DNA from: Promethearchaeota archaeon | GTDB taxonomy: Archaea; Asgardarchaeota; Heimdallarchaeia; Hodarchaeales; Hodarchaeaceae | Length of the DNA stretch: 64,000 bases | NCBI GenBank assembly: GCA_048938105.1 | Contig: JBHLMN010000010.1 | Span: forward strand, 1-64,000 | Reading direction: 5' to 3' | In this document: positions 29,185 to 39,284 of the stretch, one piece after another | Layout of the letters: each line of letters starts with the position of its first letter | Position numbering within the stretch: the stretch's first letter is position 1 | The notes under the pieces: model-generated | What the model was told of the DNA's origin: nothing | Seen by the model: the letters and a program-made list of their open reading frames with translations, nothing else | The model's database searches: none | Program-made: the position numbers and the translations under genes

Positions 29185-30540
29185 TTAGATTTGTCTTGAT
29201 ATTCTAGGTGTTAGATCCAAACGTTCCCAAAGGGAAACAGCAGAGTCCCTGGATTGTTGACTAACAGTTGTCGCGTCAAGAGATGCATGGATCCCATTTT
29301 TAACGATAATTTCGCCATTAACAATCACTCGTTTAACATCCTGACGAGAAAATGATCCATAGACAAGATGACTGTAGACATTTTTATCGTGTATAGGTGT
29401 TGGTAAGGCTGATGTATCTAAAATGGTAAAATCTGCTGCTTTTCCTATTTCAATTGAACCAATCTGATCTTTCAGGCCAATAGCTTGGGCTGCATTAATT
29501 GTAATCATCTGTACTACTTGTAATGGAGTTGGTAGTTGACTAGGATTACGATGATTTAACTTATGCATTAGATATGCTGTCCTCATGTTCTCTATTGCGT
29601 CATAAATAAAGCCATCATTACCTACGCCAATGTTTATCCCCTTTTGTAACATCTCTGGAAGTTGGGCTACCCCAACAGCATTTAATTCATTACTTTTGGG
29701 ATTATGGGCCACATTAGTGCGAGTTTCAGCAATAAGGTCAATTTCATGCTCATTAATGTGAACAGCGTGAGCTAGTGCGGTTCTCGGGCCAAGAAAACCC
29801 TCATCATAAAGTCGTTCGACTGTTCGCTTCCCATATTTCTCTAGATTATGGTGAAGATCTGCTAAGCCTTCTGATGTATGAATGGTTTTGAAAGAATCAG
29901 TTTTTGCAGCATACTCTACAGTTTTGTGAATTAATTCATCTGATACTGTGAAAGATGCATGTAAACAATAGATACCATAAACTAATGTTTTTTCAGGATC
30001 GTTATGGGAGATAAATCTCTGATTTTCCTCCAATCCCCTTATCCCTTCTTCAGGACTACGGCGTTCTGTGGCTTCAAAACATATCGCCCCCCGAATACCA
30101 ACATCTTGTGTAGCTTTTGAAATACGATCTAGTGAACCTTCAATAGAATTGGGACCAGAATAAGTATCTAAATAGGCAGTTACTCCATTCAGAGCTAATT
30201 CGTAAGTTGCATATAGTGCGGAAGTGTATGCATCTTCTAATGTAAGAGCCTCGTCCATTGTCCACCATATACGTTGTAAATTCTGTGTAAAATCAGTAGG
30301 AGGATCAATGAGGAGTGGAGCCCCTCGTAACAAGGCTGAGTAGAGATGAGTATGCGCACAAATAAAACCTGGAAACACAACATGCTCTGAGCAATCAATA
30401 ACTGTGTCAACTTTATCAGGAATGTCTTTTCCAATTTTAACTATCTTACCGTCCTCCACCAATATATTTCCTTGGGAAATAACTTCGTTATTAGCATTCA
30501 TGGTAACAATTAAGCCATTTTTAAGTAAGAGACGTTCCAT
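29185..30540 (-). CDS. Metal-dependent amidohydrolase, SsnA/MTA-SAH deaminase-like
   Basis: PGFICAHTHLYSALLRG, P.DF.Q.L.RIWW.MD.AL, LHASFTVSD, IHTSEG, AHAVH, HNPKSN..NAVG and GNDG. Confidence 0.88.
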   Translation of the reverse strand: MERLLLKNGLIVTMNANNEVISQGNILVEDGKIVKIGKDIPDKVDTVIDCSEHVVFPGFICAHTHLYSALLRGAPLLIDPPTDFTQNLQRIWWTMDEALTLEDAYTSALYATYELALNGVTAYLDTYSGPNSIEGSLDRISKATQDVGIRGAICFEATERRSPEEGIRGLEENQRFISHNDPEKTLVYGIYCLHASFTVSDELIHKTVEYAAKTDSFKTIHTSEGLADLHHNLEKYGKRTVERLYDEGFLGPRTALAHAVHINEHEIDLIAETRTNVAHNPKSNELNAVGVAQLPEMLQKGINIGVGNDGFIYDAIENMRTAYLMHKLNHRNPSQLPTPLQVVQMITINAAQAIGLKDQIGSIEIGKAADFTILDTSALPTPIHDKNVYSHLVYGSFSRQDVKRVIVNGEIIVKNGIHASLDATTVSQQSRDSAVSLWERLDLTPRISRQI

Positions 30541-30835
30541 TTAAAAAACCCCAATTAGAGATAGATGTAAAATCATTTTATTGGAGACTCTATTTCTATT
30601 TCCTTATATTAGTTTCATACTATTTAAGCCGTATAATATTTTATTTTACGGTTTCCCCAAAGAATTATCTATAACAACAATAAATTTGATAAGGTTTTAA
30701 TTCTATTTCCTTTTTTATAATTCAGGATTCATAAACATTGAGAAGACTCCTTTGATTTCTGTATACAGAACTTTAAAAGGATCCTAGAGGTTAGTACTTG
30801 CTAGAATCTCATTAAATTTATCGAGGACCTTAATA

Positions 30836-32314
30836 ATGAAAAAAACCAATCAAAAGTTATTAGCTCTCATAATATTGACTGTTTTTTCACTGGTTATTAG
30901 TGTCAATGACGGAATTGGAAATAACCAAGATGAACTATTCAAAATAAAAGACAAATTTTCCCCTTCTTATCGTGTTTTTTCAGAGTATCCTAGTCACACT
31001 AACATTCCCCGCACTAATTTTACAGGGACATACAATGTTACTCTATTTACTAATCCCGATAATGCTGACGAAGTAATTTTCCGCTATCTTAACGCTACAG
31101 AATCATCGGTCTACGTATCTATGTACACAATCAGCCGTCCCGATTTTAATAGAACCTTGATTGATTTGAAAAAGGCGAATCCGAGCATAGATATTCAAGT
31201 ATTAATTAGTTATCGTAGGGTAGGCTCCACGGAAAATGCTGACACAGCTGGAGCTGCAAAATCACTAGATGATGAAGGTATCCCAGTCTATACCTCCACA
31301 CAAGATGATGATAAAGTAGATGGCTATTATCATGCGAAGTATTGGATAATCGATGGAAAACATGTGTTTGTGTATTCTGGGAATTGGAGTCCACGAAGTG
31401 TTTCACCTCCATTGAAAGGTGATGATGATTCTTATACCTCTTCTGAAGGCAATCGAGATATGGGGATAGCAGTTCATGATGCTCCTGACATTGCCTCTTT
31501 CTTCAAAACAGAAGTGTGGGATGAAGATGTGGCAGTAGCGAACCCATGGACTCCTACAGGTATTAAAACGAACACAAAACTGAAAGCTTCTTCCAATCCA
31601 TCATTAAAAATCAATATTCCTAGTCTCTATTATCCAACTTTTGATGCACTCAATATCAAGGAAAAAATGACATTAAGCCCAATGTTTACTCCTGATAATG
31701 CTTTAGACATTCATAAGTGGTGGATCGATCGTGCTAATGACACAATAGATATCCAGAATCAGTACATAACTCAATTTGATGATGGAGTTTCTTGGAATAA
31801 TGATCCCTCTCCTCTCGTACGCTCTCTTATTGAAGCTAAGAAAAGGGGATTAGAGATCCGTGTTCAAGTTAACGAAGACAGCGACTCTGATAACGTAACC
31901 GCTTACTTCTTAAGTAAAGGAATTGAAGTGAAATGGATGGGAAACTCAAAGAGTAGTACAAACGGTTGGTTGTCAGACACTCATAACAAACTAGTTATAA
32001 TCGATGAAAAAGTAACATTACTCTCCTCAATTAATTTTGGTGAAAATGCGTTTACAAATAACCGTGAGGCTGGTTTTGTAATCCAGAGTGCAACAGTAGC
32101 AGATTATTATGGATTAATTTTCCAAGCTGATTGGATTGATGGCGAAATCCCTCCATATTCCATTTATACAAAAGCATCCACGACAGAAGAACCGTCTAGC
32201 ACATCAGAAAAATCATCTAGCACATCTACTGGTTTGTTTGAAACACCATTTTCATTGAGTGCAATGTTGATTGTAATAGGTTTTCTCCCAATTATTAGGA
32301 GGAGATTAAAGTAA
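30836..32314 (+). CDS. Exported phospholipase D-family protein (two HKD motifs) with C-terminal sorting/anchor signal
   Basis: Signal peptide, HAKYWIID..SGNW and HNKLVIID..SSIN, then a S/T linker + TPF + TM + RRRLK. Confidence 0.88.
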   Translation: MKKTNQKLLALIILTVFSLVISVNDGIGNNQDELFKIKDKFSPSYRVFSEYPSHTNIPRTNFTGTYNVTLFTNPDNADEVIFRYLNATESSVYVSMYTISRPDFNRTLIDLKKANPSIDIQVLISYRRVGSTENADTAGAAKSLDDEGIPVYTSTQDDDKVDGYYHAKYWIIDGKHVFVYSGNWSPRSVSPPLKGDDDSYTSSEGNRDMGIAVHDAPDIASFFKTEVWDEDVAVANPWTPTGIKTNTKLKASSNPSLKINIPSLYYPTFDALNIKEKMTLSPMFTPDNALDIHKWWIDRANDTIDIQNQYITQFDDGVSWNNDPSPLVRSLIEAKKRGLEIRVQVNEDSDSDNVTAYFLSKGIEVKWMGNSKSSTNGWLSDTHNKLVIIDEKVTLLSSINFGENAFTNNREAGFVIQSATVADYYGLIFQADWIDGEIPPYSIYTKASTTEEPSSTSEKSSSTSTGLFETPFSLSAMLIVIGFLPIIRRRLK

Positions 32315-32361
32315 AAAGGATTAAATTCCGAATCCCGACGTGGGATGAAGGCCGCAAGTTC

Positions 32362-32550
32362 ATGAAAGAAATAGCAAAGGAATTAAACACGGAACTTGAG
32401 ATCCGAGACGCTAGACAAGTTATCATTACTGATAGGATTGAAATTCACTTCCATCCTGATGATCGGGGATTTTCATTTATCACATGTAAACTCTATGATG
32501 AGTCGGTCAAACCTATACTTGAGAAATACAAAACACATTACAGTAAGTGA
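32362..32550 (+). CDS. Small hypothetical protein or fragment
   Basis: 62-aa ORF with protein-like composition only. Confidence 0.35.
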   Translation: MKEIAKELNTELEIRDARQVIITDRIEIHFHPDDRGFSFITCKLYDESVKPILEKYKTHYSK

Positions 32551-32950
32551 TTATAACAGGTTTATCAATGAAATAATATGAAAACCCACGATTTTCCCCC
32601 CCACAACAGATGATATCATTATTACTTCTGTTTTATTCAATGAAACTTATATTTTTATCTTTATTCCTCCTATTTAATAAAGGTATTTAGATAAAGAAAG
32701 GAAATTCACTGTGTTCTTTCGACAAAAATATTTATGTCGATATTTTGTAATGAGTGACAATCCCATGGGTTGATGAGAAGACATGCTCTCAGAGCTATTA
32801 TGACATATGCGCTAGCCAACATCTCGGGCATTGGAGAGACGATAAAAAGAAATATTTATAAAGAAGAGAAATTGCAGGTCACTTGTTCTGCTAAACTTTT
32901 GAAGATAAGCAGGACGCTCACATAACACAGGAGAAAAGGTGAACCCCACA

Positions 32951-33154
32951 ATGGCTGGTTTTGCTAGCGCACGAATCGAGAAAATAATCCGAAATGCTGG
33001 AGCACGACGTGTCTCTGCTGACGCTATTGACCGACTCAACGAGATTGTAACTGACTACGGCACCAACATCGCCAAATACGCCGTTGAGATTGCTCGTCAC
33101 TCTGGCAGGAAAACCGTTAAAGAATCTGACATTAAATTGGCAGCTACCAAGTAA
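32951..33154 (+). CDS. Archaeal histone (HMf-type, no tail)
   Basis: MAGFASARIEKIIRNAGARRVSADA...ARHSGRKTVKESDI histone-fold signature; AGGTGA RBS. Confidence 0.96.
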   Translation: MAGFASARIEKIIRNAGARRVSADAIDRLNEIVTDYGTNIAKYAVEIARHSGRKTVKESDIKLAATK

Positions 33155-33174
33155 GCTCCCTTTCAGTGTCAAAA

Positions 33175-33218
33175 TTCTCTTTTTTTTTCTTTTTTTTATT
33201 CTTTAGACTTCTTTTTTT
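33175..33218 (+). terminator. Oligo-T archaeal terminator of histone gene
   Basis: Several T7-T9 runs just after the stop codon. Confidence 0.75.
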
Positions 33219-33348
33219 GAATGCATTGACCCAATTACAACTAGTATTGCTCCTTCATAAAGACCCTAACGATTTTTCTTCCCCCTACGATTATTACTAT
33301 ACCCGAGACCATTATTCCAGACAAAATCAATAGATTACTATAATCTCT

Positions 33349-33534
33349 ATGATGTTTGGGGTTGTAGTGATCCTTTTTGATGTCATTTCGCTTATCTTAG
33401 GTCTTTACCTCCTAACCGCTATCTTATCAGTATTTTCTTTTGGGGGTACGATTCTTATTATCCTCGGTATTATTGACTTGATATTAAGAAAGACTGACTC
33501 AAGACGTGATCCATCACCACATGAAACATCCTAA
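33349..33534 (+). CDS. Small two-TM hypothetical protein
   Basis: 61-aa hydrophobic ORF. Confidence 0.35.
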   Translation: MMFGVVVILFDVISLILGLYLLTAILSVFSFGGTILIILGIIDLILRKTDSRRDPSPHETS

Positions 33535-33714
33535 GCTCAGAGTCATTATTAAGCCATTTTGAGAATTTAGTTATAATAGATATTTATTTGGTCGCTTTAA
33601 ATTTTAAAATTTACGAATATTGAAATTAATTACGTGAATTGGCATTAATTATCCTATAAGAAGGAAGTAAAGTGTCAACAGCTTCCGGAAAAAATGTATT
33701 TAATACAAACATAA

Positions 33715-33788
33715 ACAGCATTAAATGAGTTTAAAACTCCCTAAATTCTCACCAAAAGGAATTTAGGCGATAGCGATACAGCATTAAA
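33715..33788 (+). promoter_or_regulatory. Candidate operator or leader element of the thermosome operon
   Basis: Perfect IR CCTAAATTC-N10-GAATTTAGG (33740-33767), flanked by direct repeats ACAGCATTAAA (33715 and 33778). Confidence 0.45.
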
Positions 33789-33828
33789 AACAGTCTGTTA
33801 CAATAAAATATTAACGAGGTTTGATACC

Positions 33829-35478
33829 ATGCAATTAGGTGGACAACCAGTAATTGTACTCAAAGAAGGAACAGAGCGCTCACGCGGCCGAGACGCTCTA
33901 CGAAACAATATACAGGCCGCAATAGCTGTCGCAGATTCAGTACGCAGTGCGTTAGGCCCCCGAGGGCTTGATAAACTATTAGTAGATTCACTAGGTGATG
34001 TCGTAATTACGAATGATGGCGCTACTATTTTAGACGAAATTGATGTCCAGCATCCTGCAGCCAAACTTCTTGTTCAAGTTGCTAAAACACAGGATCAGGA
34101 AGTCGGCGATGGAACGACTACATCAGTTATTGTCGCTGGTGAATTACTGAAGCGAGCTGAAAAACTGCTTGATCGGAAAATCCATCCAACAGTGATAATT
34201 TCTGGCTTTAAGCTAGCCTCTGACAAATGTACTGAGATCTTACAATCTATTGCTAACAAAATTGATCCAAATAATGAAACCCATCTTCAAAACGTTGCCA
34301 AAACTTCCCTCAACTCTAAGGCTACAGGAGGGGCAAAAGATCTACTGGCAGAAATAGCTGTTAAAGCTACCAAAGCCGTTATGGAAGAGGGGAAAGTAGA
34401 TATTGATATGATCTCCCTTATTCAGAAACAGGGTAAAGGACTTCATGACTCTGAACTTGTTCAAGGAATTGTTATTGACAAAGAAGTTGTCAATAATAGA
34501 ATGCCTTCCTCTGTAAAAGCAGCTAAGATAGCTTTGATAGATCTAGCACTGGAGATTAAAAAAACCGAATTTGACGCAAAAATCCGTATTACTGACGCTT
34601 CTATGATGGATGCGTTTCTAGATCAGGAACAAAATATGATCAAAGGAATGGTCGATAAAATCCATGAATCAGGAGCAAATGTAGTTCTTTGTCAGAAAGG
34701 AATTGATGATTTAGCTCAACATTTTCTTGCTAAAGAAGGAATTTTAGCCGTTCGACGAGTTAAAAAATCTGATATAGAAAAGTTATCCAAGGCCACAGGT
34801 GCACGTATTGTTACCAACATCAAGGATTTAACAGCAGATGACTTAGGAAACGCAGGATTCGTTGAAGAAGTTCAGATTGGTGATGAAAAACTTATTTACA
34901 TCAAAGAATGTGCCAATCCTAAAAGTGTTTCTATCGTTCTTCGCGGTGGAACTAAATATATAACTGACGAAGGAGAACGGGCTTTACATGATGCCCTTTG
35001 CGTTGTTCGCGATGTATTAGAGGATGGTTGGGCTGTTGCAGGCGCAGGTAGTCCTGAAATTGAATTACACAAAGGTCTCAAAGAATACGCTGGAACAATT
35101 AAGGGACGTGAACAAATGGCAGTGGATGCCTTTGCTGACGCGGTAGAAATTATTCCAAGAACACTCGCCGAAAATGCTGGACTAGATTCAATTGATGTAT
35201 TAGTTGAGCTCAGAGCTGCTCATGAAAAAGGGAATACTAGCATTGGCATTAATGTGGATACAGGAAAGAATGTTGATGCCTTTGAAGCAGGAATCATTGA
35301 GCCTCTTCGCGTTAAACGTCAAGCACTTAGATCTGCAAGGGAAGCAGCAGAACTAATTCTTAGAATCGACGATGTCATTGCTAGTAAAAGCTTAGGTGAA
35401 GGCCCAGGTGGAATGCCCCCAGGTGGAATGCCCCCAGGTGGAATGGGTGGTATGGGTGGTTATCCCCCAATGATGTAG
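33829..35478 (+). CDS. thsA: Thermosome (group II chaperonin) subunit 1
   Basis: [29 protein letters not shown] and RIDD motifs; GGM-repeat tail. Confidence 0.97.
   Translation: MQLGGQPVIVLKEGTERSRGRDALRNNIQAAIAVADSVRSALGPRGLDKLLVDSLGDVVITNDGATILDEIDVQHPAAKLLVQVAKTQDQEVGDGTTTSVIVAGELLKRAEKLLDRKIHPTVIISGFKLASDKCTEILQSIANKIDPNNETHLQNVAKTSLNSKATGGAKDLLAEIAVKATKAVMEEGKVDIDMISLIQKQGKGLHDSELVQGIVIDKEVVNNRMPSSVKAAKIALIDLALEIKKTEFDAKIRITDASMMDAFLDQEQNMIKGMVDKIHESGANVVLCQKGIDDLAQHFLAKEGILAVRRVKKSDIEKLSKATGARIVTNIKDLTADDLGNAGFVEEVQIGDEKLIYIKECANPKSVSIVLRGGTKYITDEGERALHDALCVVRDVLEDGWAVAGAGSPEIELHKGLKEYAGTIKGREQMAVDAFADAVEIIPRTLAENAGLDSIDVLVELRAAHEKGNTSIGINVDTGKNVDAFEAGIIEPLRVKRQALRSAREAAELILRIDDVIASKSLGEGPGGMPPGGMPPGGMGGMGGYPPMM
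35404..35445 (+). repeat. 15-bp coding tandem repeat (PGGMP) in thermosome tail
   Basis: ccaggtggaatgccc repeated about 3 times. Confidence 0.85.
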
Positions 35479-35490
35479 GAGGAAATCAAA

Positions 35491-37119
35491 ATGACACTAC
35501 AAGGTACTCCAGTATTAATTTTAAAAGAAGATACATCAAGAACTACCGGAAAAGATGCAACTAGCAGCAATATCGCAGCTGCTCGTGTAATATCTGAAGC
35601 AATTCGATCAGCCCTCGGTCCTAAGGGACGTGATAAGATGTTAGTGGATAATTTCGGAGATGTTGTGATCACTAACGATGGAGCGACGATTTTAAAAGAG
35701 ATAGATATCGCTCACCCTATTGGTAAGATGATGGTAGAGCTTTCTAAGATTCAGGATCAAGAAGTCGGCGATGGAACCACTACTGTGGTCATTATAGCTG
35801 GAGAATTACTCCAACATGCAGCAGAACTAATTTCCAGTGATAAAATTCATCCTACAATTCTTGTTGAAGGTTATCGAGTGGCTACTGCAAAAGCTACTGA
35901 ATACCTAAAAGAAATTGCAATAGATGTTCCTGCTGAAGACGATGCTCTACTTGTTAAACTTGTCAATACTACTATGGGATCTAAAATTGTCTCACGTTCT
36001 AGCGATTTATTAGCTAGAATTGTAATAGATGCCGTTAAAAGCGTCGATCCTGGCACAGGTAAGATTGATATCGATGATATTAAAATTGAAAAGAAAGAAG
36101 GCGAGGATATTGAATCTACAATTCTCATAAAAGGTATCGTCTTAGACAAAGAAGTAGTTCATGCAGGAATGCCAAAGAGGTTGAAAAATCCCAAGATAGC
36201 ATTAATTGCAGAAGCTTTTGAAGTTTCCAAGACGGAATTTGATTCTGAACTCAGCATTACAGATCCTTCCAAGATCCAAGAATTCTTAGATCGAGAAGCA
36301 GGTATGTTGCAAAAGATGGTAGATAAGATCGCGGAGTCTGGTGCTAATGTTGTAATTGCCCAAAAAGGTATTGACGATATTGCCCAGCATCTTTTAGCTA
36401 AACAGAATATCATGGCTATTCGCCGCGTTAAGAAGTCAGATATGGAAAAATTAGCAAAAGCTACGGGCTCTAAAATCGTGAGTAATATTTCTGACCTTTC
36501 GGTAGACGATCTCGGAACAGCAGGAAAAGTATATGAAACCAAAGTCGGAGACGACGATATGGTCTTTGTAGAAGACTGTCCTCTAGCAAAGTCTGTTACG
36601 ATATTGATTCGTGGTGGAACAGAACTCGTTGTAGATGAAGCTGAACGGTCTATTCATGATGCAATCTGTGTGATCCGTAATGTTTTAGAGGACAAAAAAA
36701 TTGTGCCTGGTGGTGGTGCACCAGAGGCTTATGTTAGCCGAAAGCTTCACAAGTTCTCTGAATCATTAATAGGCCGAGAACAGCTTGCTGTTCAAGCTTT
36801 TGCGAATGCCTTAGAGGTTGTTCCCCGAACTCTCGCTGAAAATGCAGGATTAGATCCAATTGATATCATTGTAGCTCTTCGCTCTGAGCATGAAAGTGGG
36901 AATAATAAGGCTGGAATTGATGTCTTCCAAGGTAAAGTTCGTAATATGACTGATGTAATTGAACCTCTCAGAGTGAAAACTCATGCCATTACAGCAGCAA
37001 GCGAAAATGCTCAGATGATCTTACGAATCGACGATATCATCGCAGCAAAAGCATCTGAAGGCCCAGGTGGACCACCAGGAGGACCAGGTGGCGACATGGG
37101 CGGCGAAGATTTCGATTAG
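35491..37119 (+). CDS. thsB: Thermosome (group II chaperonin) subunit 2
   Basis: [23 protein letters not shown] and VPGGGA motifs; acidic tail GGEDFD. Confidence 0.97.
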   Translation: MTLQGTPVLILKEDTSRTTGKDATSSNIAAARVISEAIRSALGPKGRDKMLVDNFGDVVITNDGATILKEIDIAHPIGKMMVELSKIQDQEVGDGTTTVVIIAGELLQHAAELISSDKIHPTILVEGYRVATAKATEYLKEIAIDVPAEDDALLVKLVNTTMGSKIVSRSSDLLARIVIDAVKSVDPGTGKIDIDDIKIEKKEGEDIESTILIKGIVLDKEVVHAGMPKRLKNPKIALIAEAFEVSKTEFDSELSITDPSKIQEFLDREAGMLQKMVDKIAESGANVVIAQKGIDDIAQHLLAKQNIMAIRRVKKSDMEKLAKATGSKIVSNISDLSVDDLGTAGKVYETKVGDDDMVFVEDCPLAKSVTILIRGGTELVVDEAERSIHDAICVIRNVLEDKKIVPGGGAPEAYVSRKLHKFSESLIGREQLAVQAFANALEVVPRTLAENAGLDPIDIIVALRSEHESGNNKAGIDVFQGKVRNMTDVIEPLRVKTHAITAASENAQMILRIDDIIAAKASEGPGGPPGGPGGDMGGEDFD

Positions 37120-37127
37120 ATTTCCCA

Positions 37128-37155
37128 TTCCTTTTTTCTTCTTTTCCTTTTTTTT
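37128..37155 (+). terminator. Oligo-T terminator of thermosome operon
   Basis: Pyrimidine/T-run tract directly after the stop codon. Confidence 0.7.
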
Positions 37156-37354
37156 AACAAAAATCTATTTTCATATAGTCTAGTATGTTCAATTTTTCTA
37201 ATTTCAATTTTTTTGCTCTTTTCCTTCCAATAAAAACAATTTACAACCCGAGGCGAAAAAATTCATATATCTCAGTTAAAACCGTCGCATCCTGTCAGTA
37301 GAGCATTTTCTGCATACTTCGTTTTTCTGTATTAATAATCGAGCTGTTTATCTC

Positions 37355-37687
37355 TTGTCACGCGGCAATATTGATCAAAAAGTTCTCATTGGGCCTAAAA
37401 TGCTCACTAGATTTGAGTATGCCCGAATTTTAGGAGCACGAGCACTCCAGATTTCTATGGGAGCGCCAGTCCTTGTTGAATCAGATGATCCTTCTAATGT
37501 TGAAGCCCTTCAAAGAGATGAACAAGAACAAGGTGATCCTCTTTTAATCTCTGAGAGAGAGATTAAACAGGGTCTTCTTCCTATCTTAATTAGAAGAACT
37601 CTCCCCGATGGAAAATTTCAAGATATTCCTCTTCCATACCTTTTAAAAGAAGCTGGTAGAAAACATGGGGATTTTCTTACTAAATAG
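37355..37687 (+). CDS. rpoK: RNA polymerase subunit Rpo6 (K)
   Basis: [22 protein letters not shown] ... [12 protein letters not shown]. Confidence 0.96.
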   Translation: MSRGNIDQKVLIGPKMLTRFEYARILGARALQISMGAPVLVESDDPSNVEALQRDEQEQGDPLLISEREIKQGLLPILIRRTLPDGKFQDIPLPYLLKEAGRKHGDFLTK

Positions 37688-37832
37688 TTTGATTTCTCAA
37701 AATTATCTTGATATAACCGATAGTAAACTATTTCTATCAATTTATATCATTTAAATCCAAATTAGAAATAGACTAGTTTCTTGATTCTTCCTTGAAATAA
37801 AAGCTTTTTATTAAGAGTTTTTCCAAGCAGAA

Positions 37833-38525
37833 ATGGAGGTTAAGGATATTTCTGAGCAAGACAAACATAAGGCACGATATAAGGCACTAGGTAAAAAGCT
37901 AAAAAAAATCCAAGATGATACAACTCAAGATGTGCAAGAACAGCTTGTAAAAGGAGTAGAATCAATCTCTTCAGCAAAGTACCTTCCTGAAGACCTCGCG
38001 ACTTATCTTCTAAGTTTAAAACGAGAGATTAAATTACCTGTTTCTGTCCTTCCGTCTTCCCTCTTCAAACGACCAGTATTTTTAGGACGTGAGGAATTTT
38101 TCCATCGTCTTGCATCAGAATTAATTTCTTTTGGCATTGCTTATCAGAGAGTCTATCTTTTACCCATTAAATTAAGTCACCTGGCAACACTCTTTCATAA
38201 ACACCGTCCCTGGTGGAAATGTGACGTTCAGGACATTGAGAAAGCTTTAGATATACTAATTAAAAATAAAATCATCCAAAACACTCCTGATGGTGTTTTA
38301 TTTGAACCATTATCGTTATCCTCGGATGTCAAGGATTTTTTATCTTTTATAAATGGAGGTATCAATGAGTTTGGAGAAATATCATTAGTTTCTATTCAGA
38401 AACTAGTACCTTGGAATAGAACAAAGATAGATGTAATGCTTGATCTATTGTATTCTAATGGAATTTGTAAGATAAATCGAAAGAAAGAACTAGTGTTTTT
38501 TCCAGAGCTTAAAACAGGTTCGTGA
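37833..38525 (+). CDS. EAP30/Vps22-Vps36-like (ESCRT-II) tandem winged-helix protein
   Basis: EFFHRLASEL, DIEKALDIL, EPLSLSSD, G.IS...IQKLVPW......MLDLL...G and VFFP parallel the EAP30 pattern (DFY.ELA...DDI.RA..L...P.EL..D...G.VS...L...LGW...L..L...G...Y.FP). Confidence 0.65.
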   Translation: MEVKDISEQDKHKARYKALGKKLKKIQDDTTQDVQEQLVKGVESISSAKYLPEDLATYLLSLKREIKLPVSVLPSSLFKRPVFLGREEFFHRLASELISFGIAYQRVYLLPIKLSHLATLFHKHRPWWKCDVQDIEKALDILIKNKIIQNTPDGVLFEPLSLSSDVKDFLSFINGGINEFGEISLVSIQKLVPWNRTKIDVMLDLLYSNGICKINRKKELVFFPELKTGS

Positions 38526-38529
38526 TTAA

Positions 38530-38850
38530 ATGATTCTCTTTCCATCACCTGAAATAACTGATTTCTTCGATAATCGACTTCTTATTTCTTGGAAAATTAC
38601 ACAACCCCCGCATCTTCCATCTCTGAAAAACCTTTCGATCCAAATTTCAAGTAGTCCACCACTAATTTTTGATCCTCTTCAGGATCCCCAACTAGAAATA
38701 GATGAAGTTAATAATAATGAATTAATTGTTAATTGGGTGATCCAAAGGCCATTAATAAAAACAGAAGTCACCCTTTCCATCCAAAGTAGGATAATTTCTG
38801 AAGAACATAATCTTATCATCAATCCAGAGACTTACACTCAAACAGAATAA
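38530..38850 (+). CDS. Hypothetical beta-rich protein
   Basis: 106-aa ORF starting 4 nt after the previous stop; alternating beta-strand pattern. Confidence 0.6.
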   Translation: MILFPSPEITDFFDNRLLISWKITQPPHLPSLKNLSIQISSSPPLIFDPLQDPQLEIDEVNNNELIVNWVIQRPLIKTEVTLSIQSRIISEEHNLIINPETYTQTE

Positions 38851-38963
38851 ATACAGAGGAAACTTCTGGCAAAGTGTTAAAAAATCAAACAATGAACCTC
38901 ATGTCAAGAGTTATTGGTCTTCTACGTCCTCTAGAAAGATTATCATAAAGGATATTGAGTAAC

Positions 38964-39179
38964 ATGGGAAAAGTTCGGACCTCTGCAGTTAAGATCATCT
39001 CCCGTCAGATCATTAAAGAATATGGCGAACATTTATCACCTGATTCCTTCGAACACAATAAAGATATTGTATCTAAAGTTGCTGTTGTTAACTCGAAACG
39101 ATTTAGAAATAAGATAGCAGGATATGTAACCCATCAGATGAAGCTACAGAAACTAAGAGAAGAGTCATACGAAGATTGA
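38964..39179 (+). CDS. rps17e: 30S ribosomal protein S17e
   Basis: MGKVRTSAVK...FEHNK...SKRFRNKIAGYVTH. Confidence 0.96.
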   Translation: MGKVRTSAVKIISRQIIKEYGEHLSPDSFEHNKDIVSKVAVVNSKRFRNKIAGYVTHQMKLQKLREESYED

Positions 39180-39284
39180 ATAAACTATTTTGAAGCCTTT
39201 TTTCATAGTAGAGTAAGTTTTATTGCTAGTGATTGGATAAAGTCTTAAAGAAACTAGAATTGTTTAATTCGGATTTGGAAAAAT

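Noticed and set aside
32326-32350. CGAATCCCG...GGGAT resembling a tRNA T-arm
   Set aside because: It lacks GTTC and the remaining tRNA arms; only a 5-bp hairpin.
32939-32950. N-terminal tail on the histone
   Set aside because: The GTG is part of the AGGTGA RBS. The protein starts at ATG 32951 and has no Lys-rich tail.
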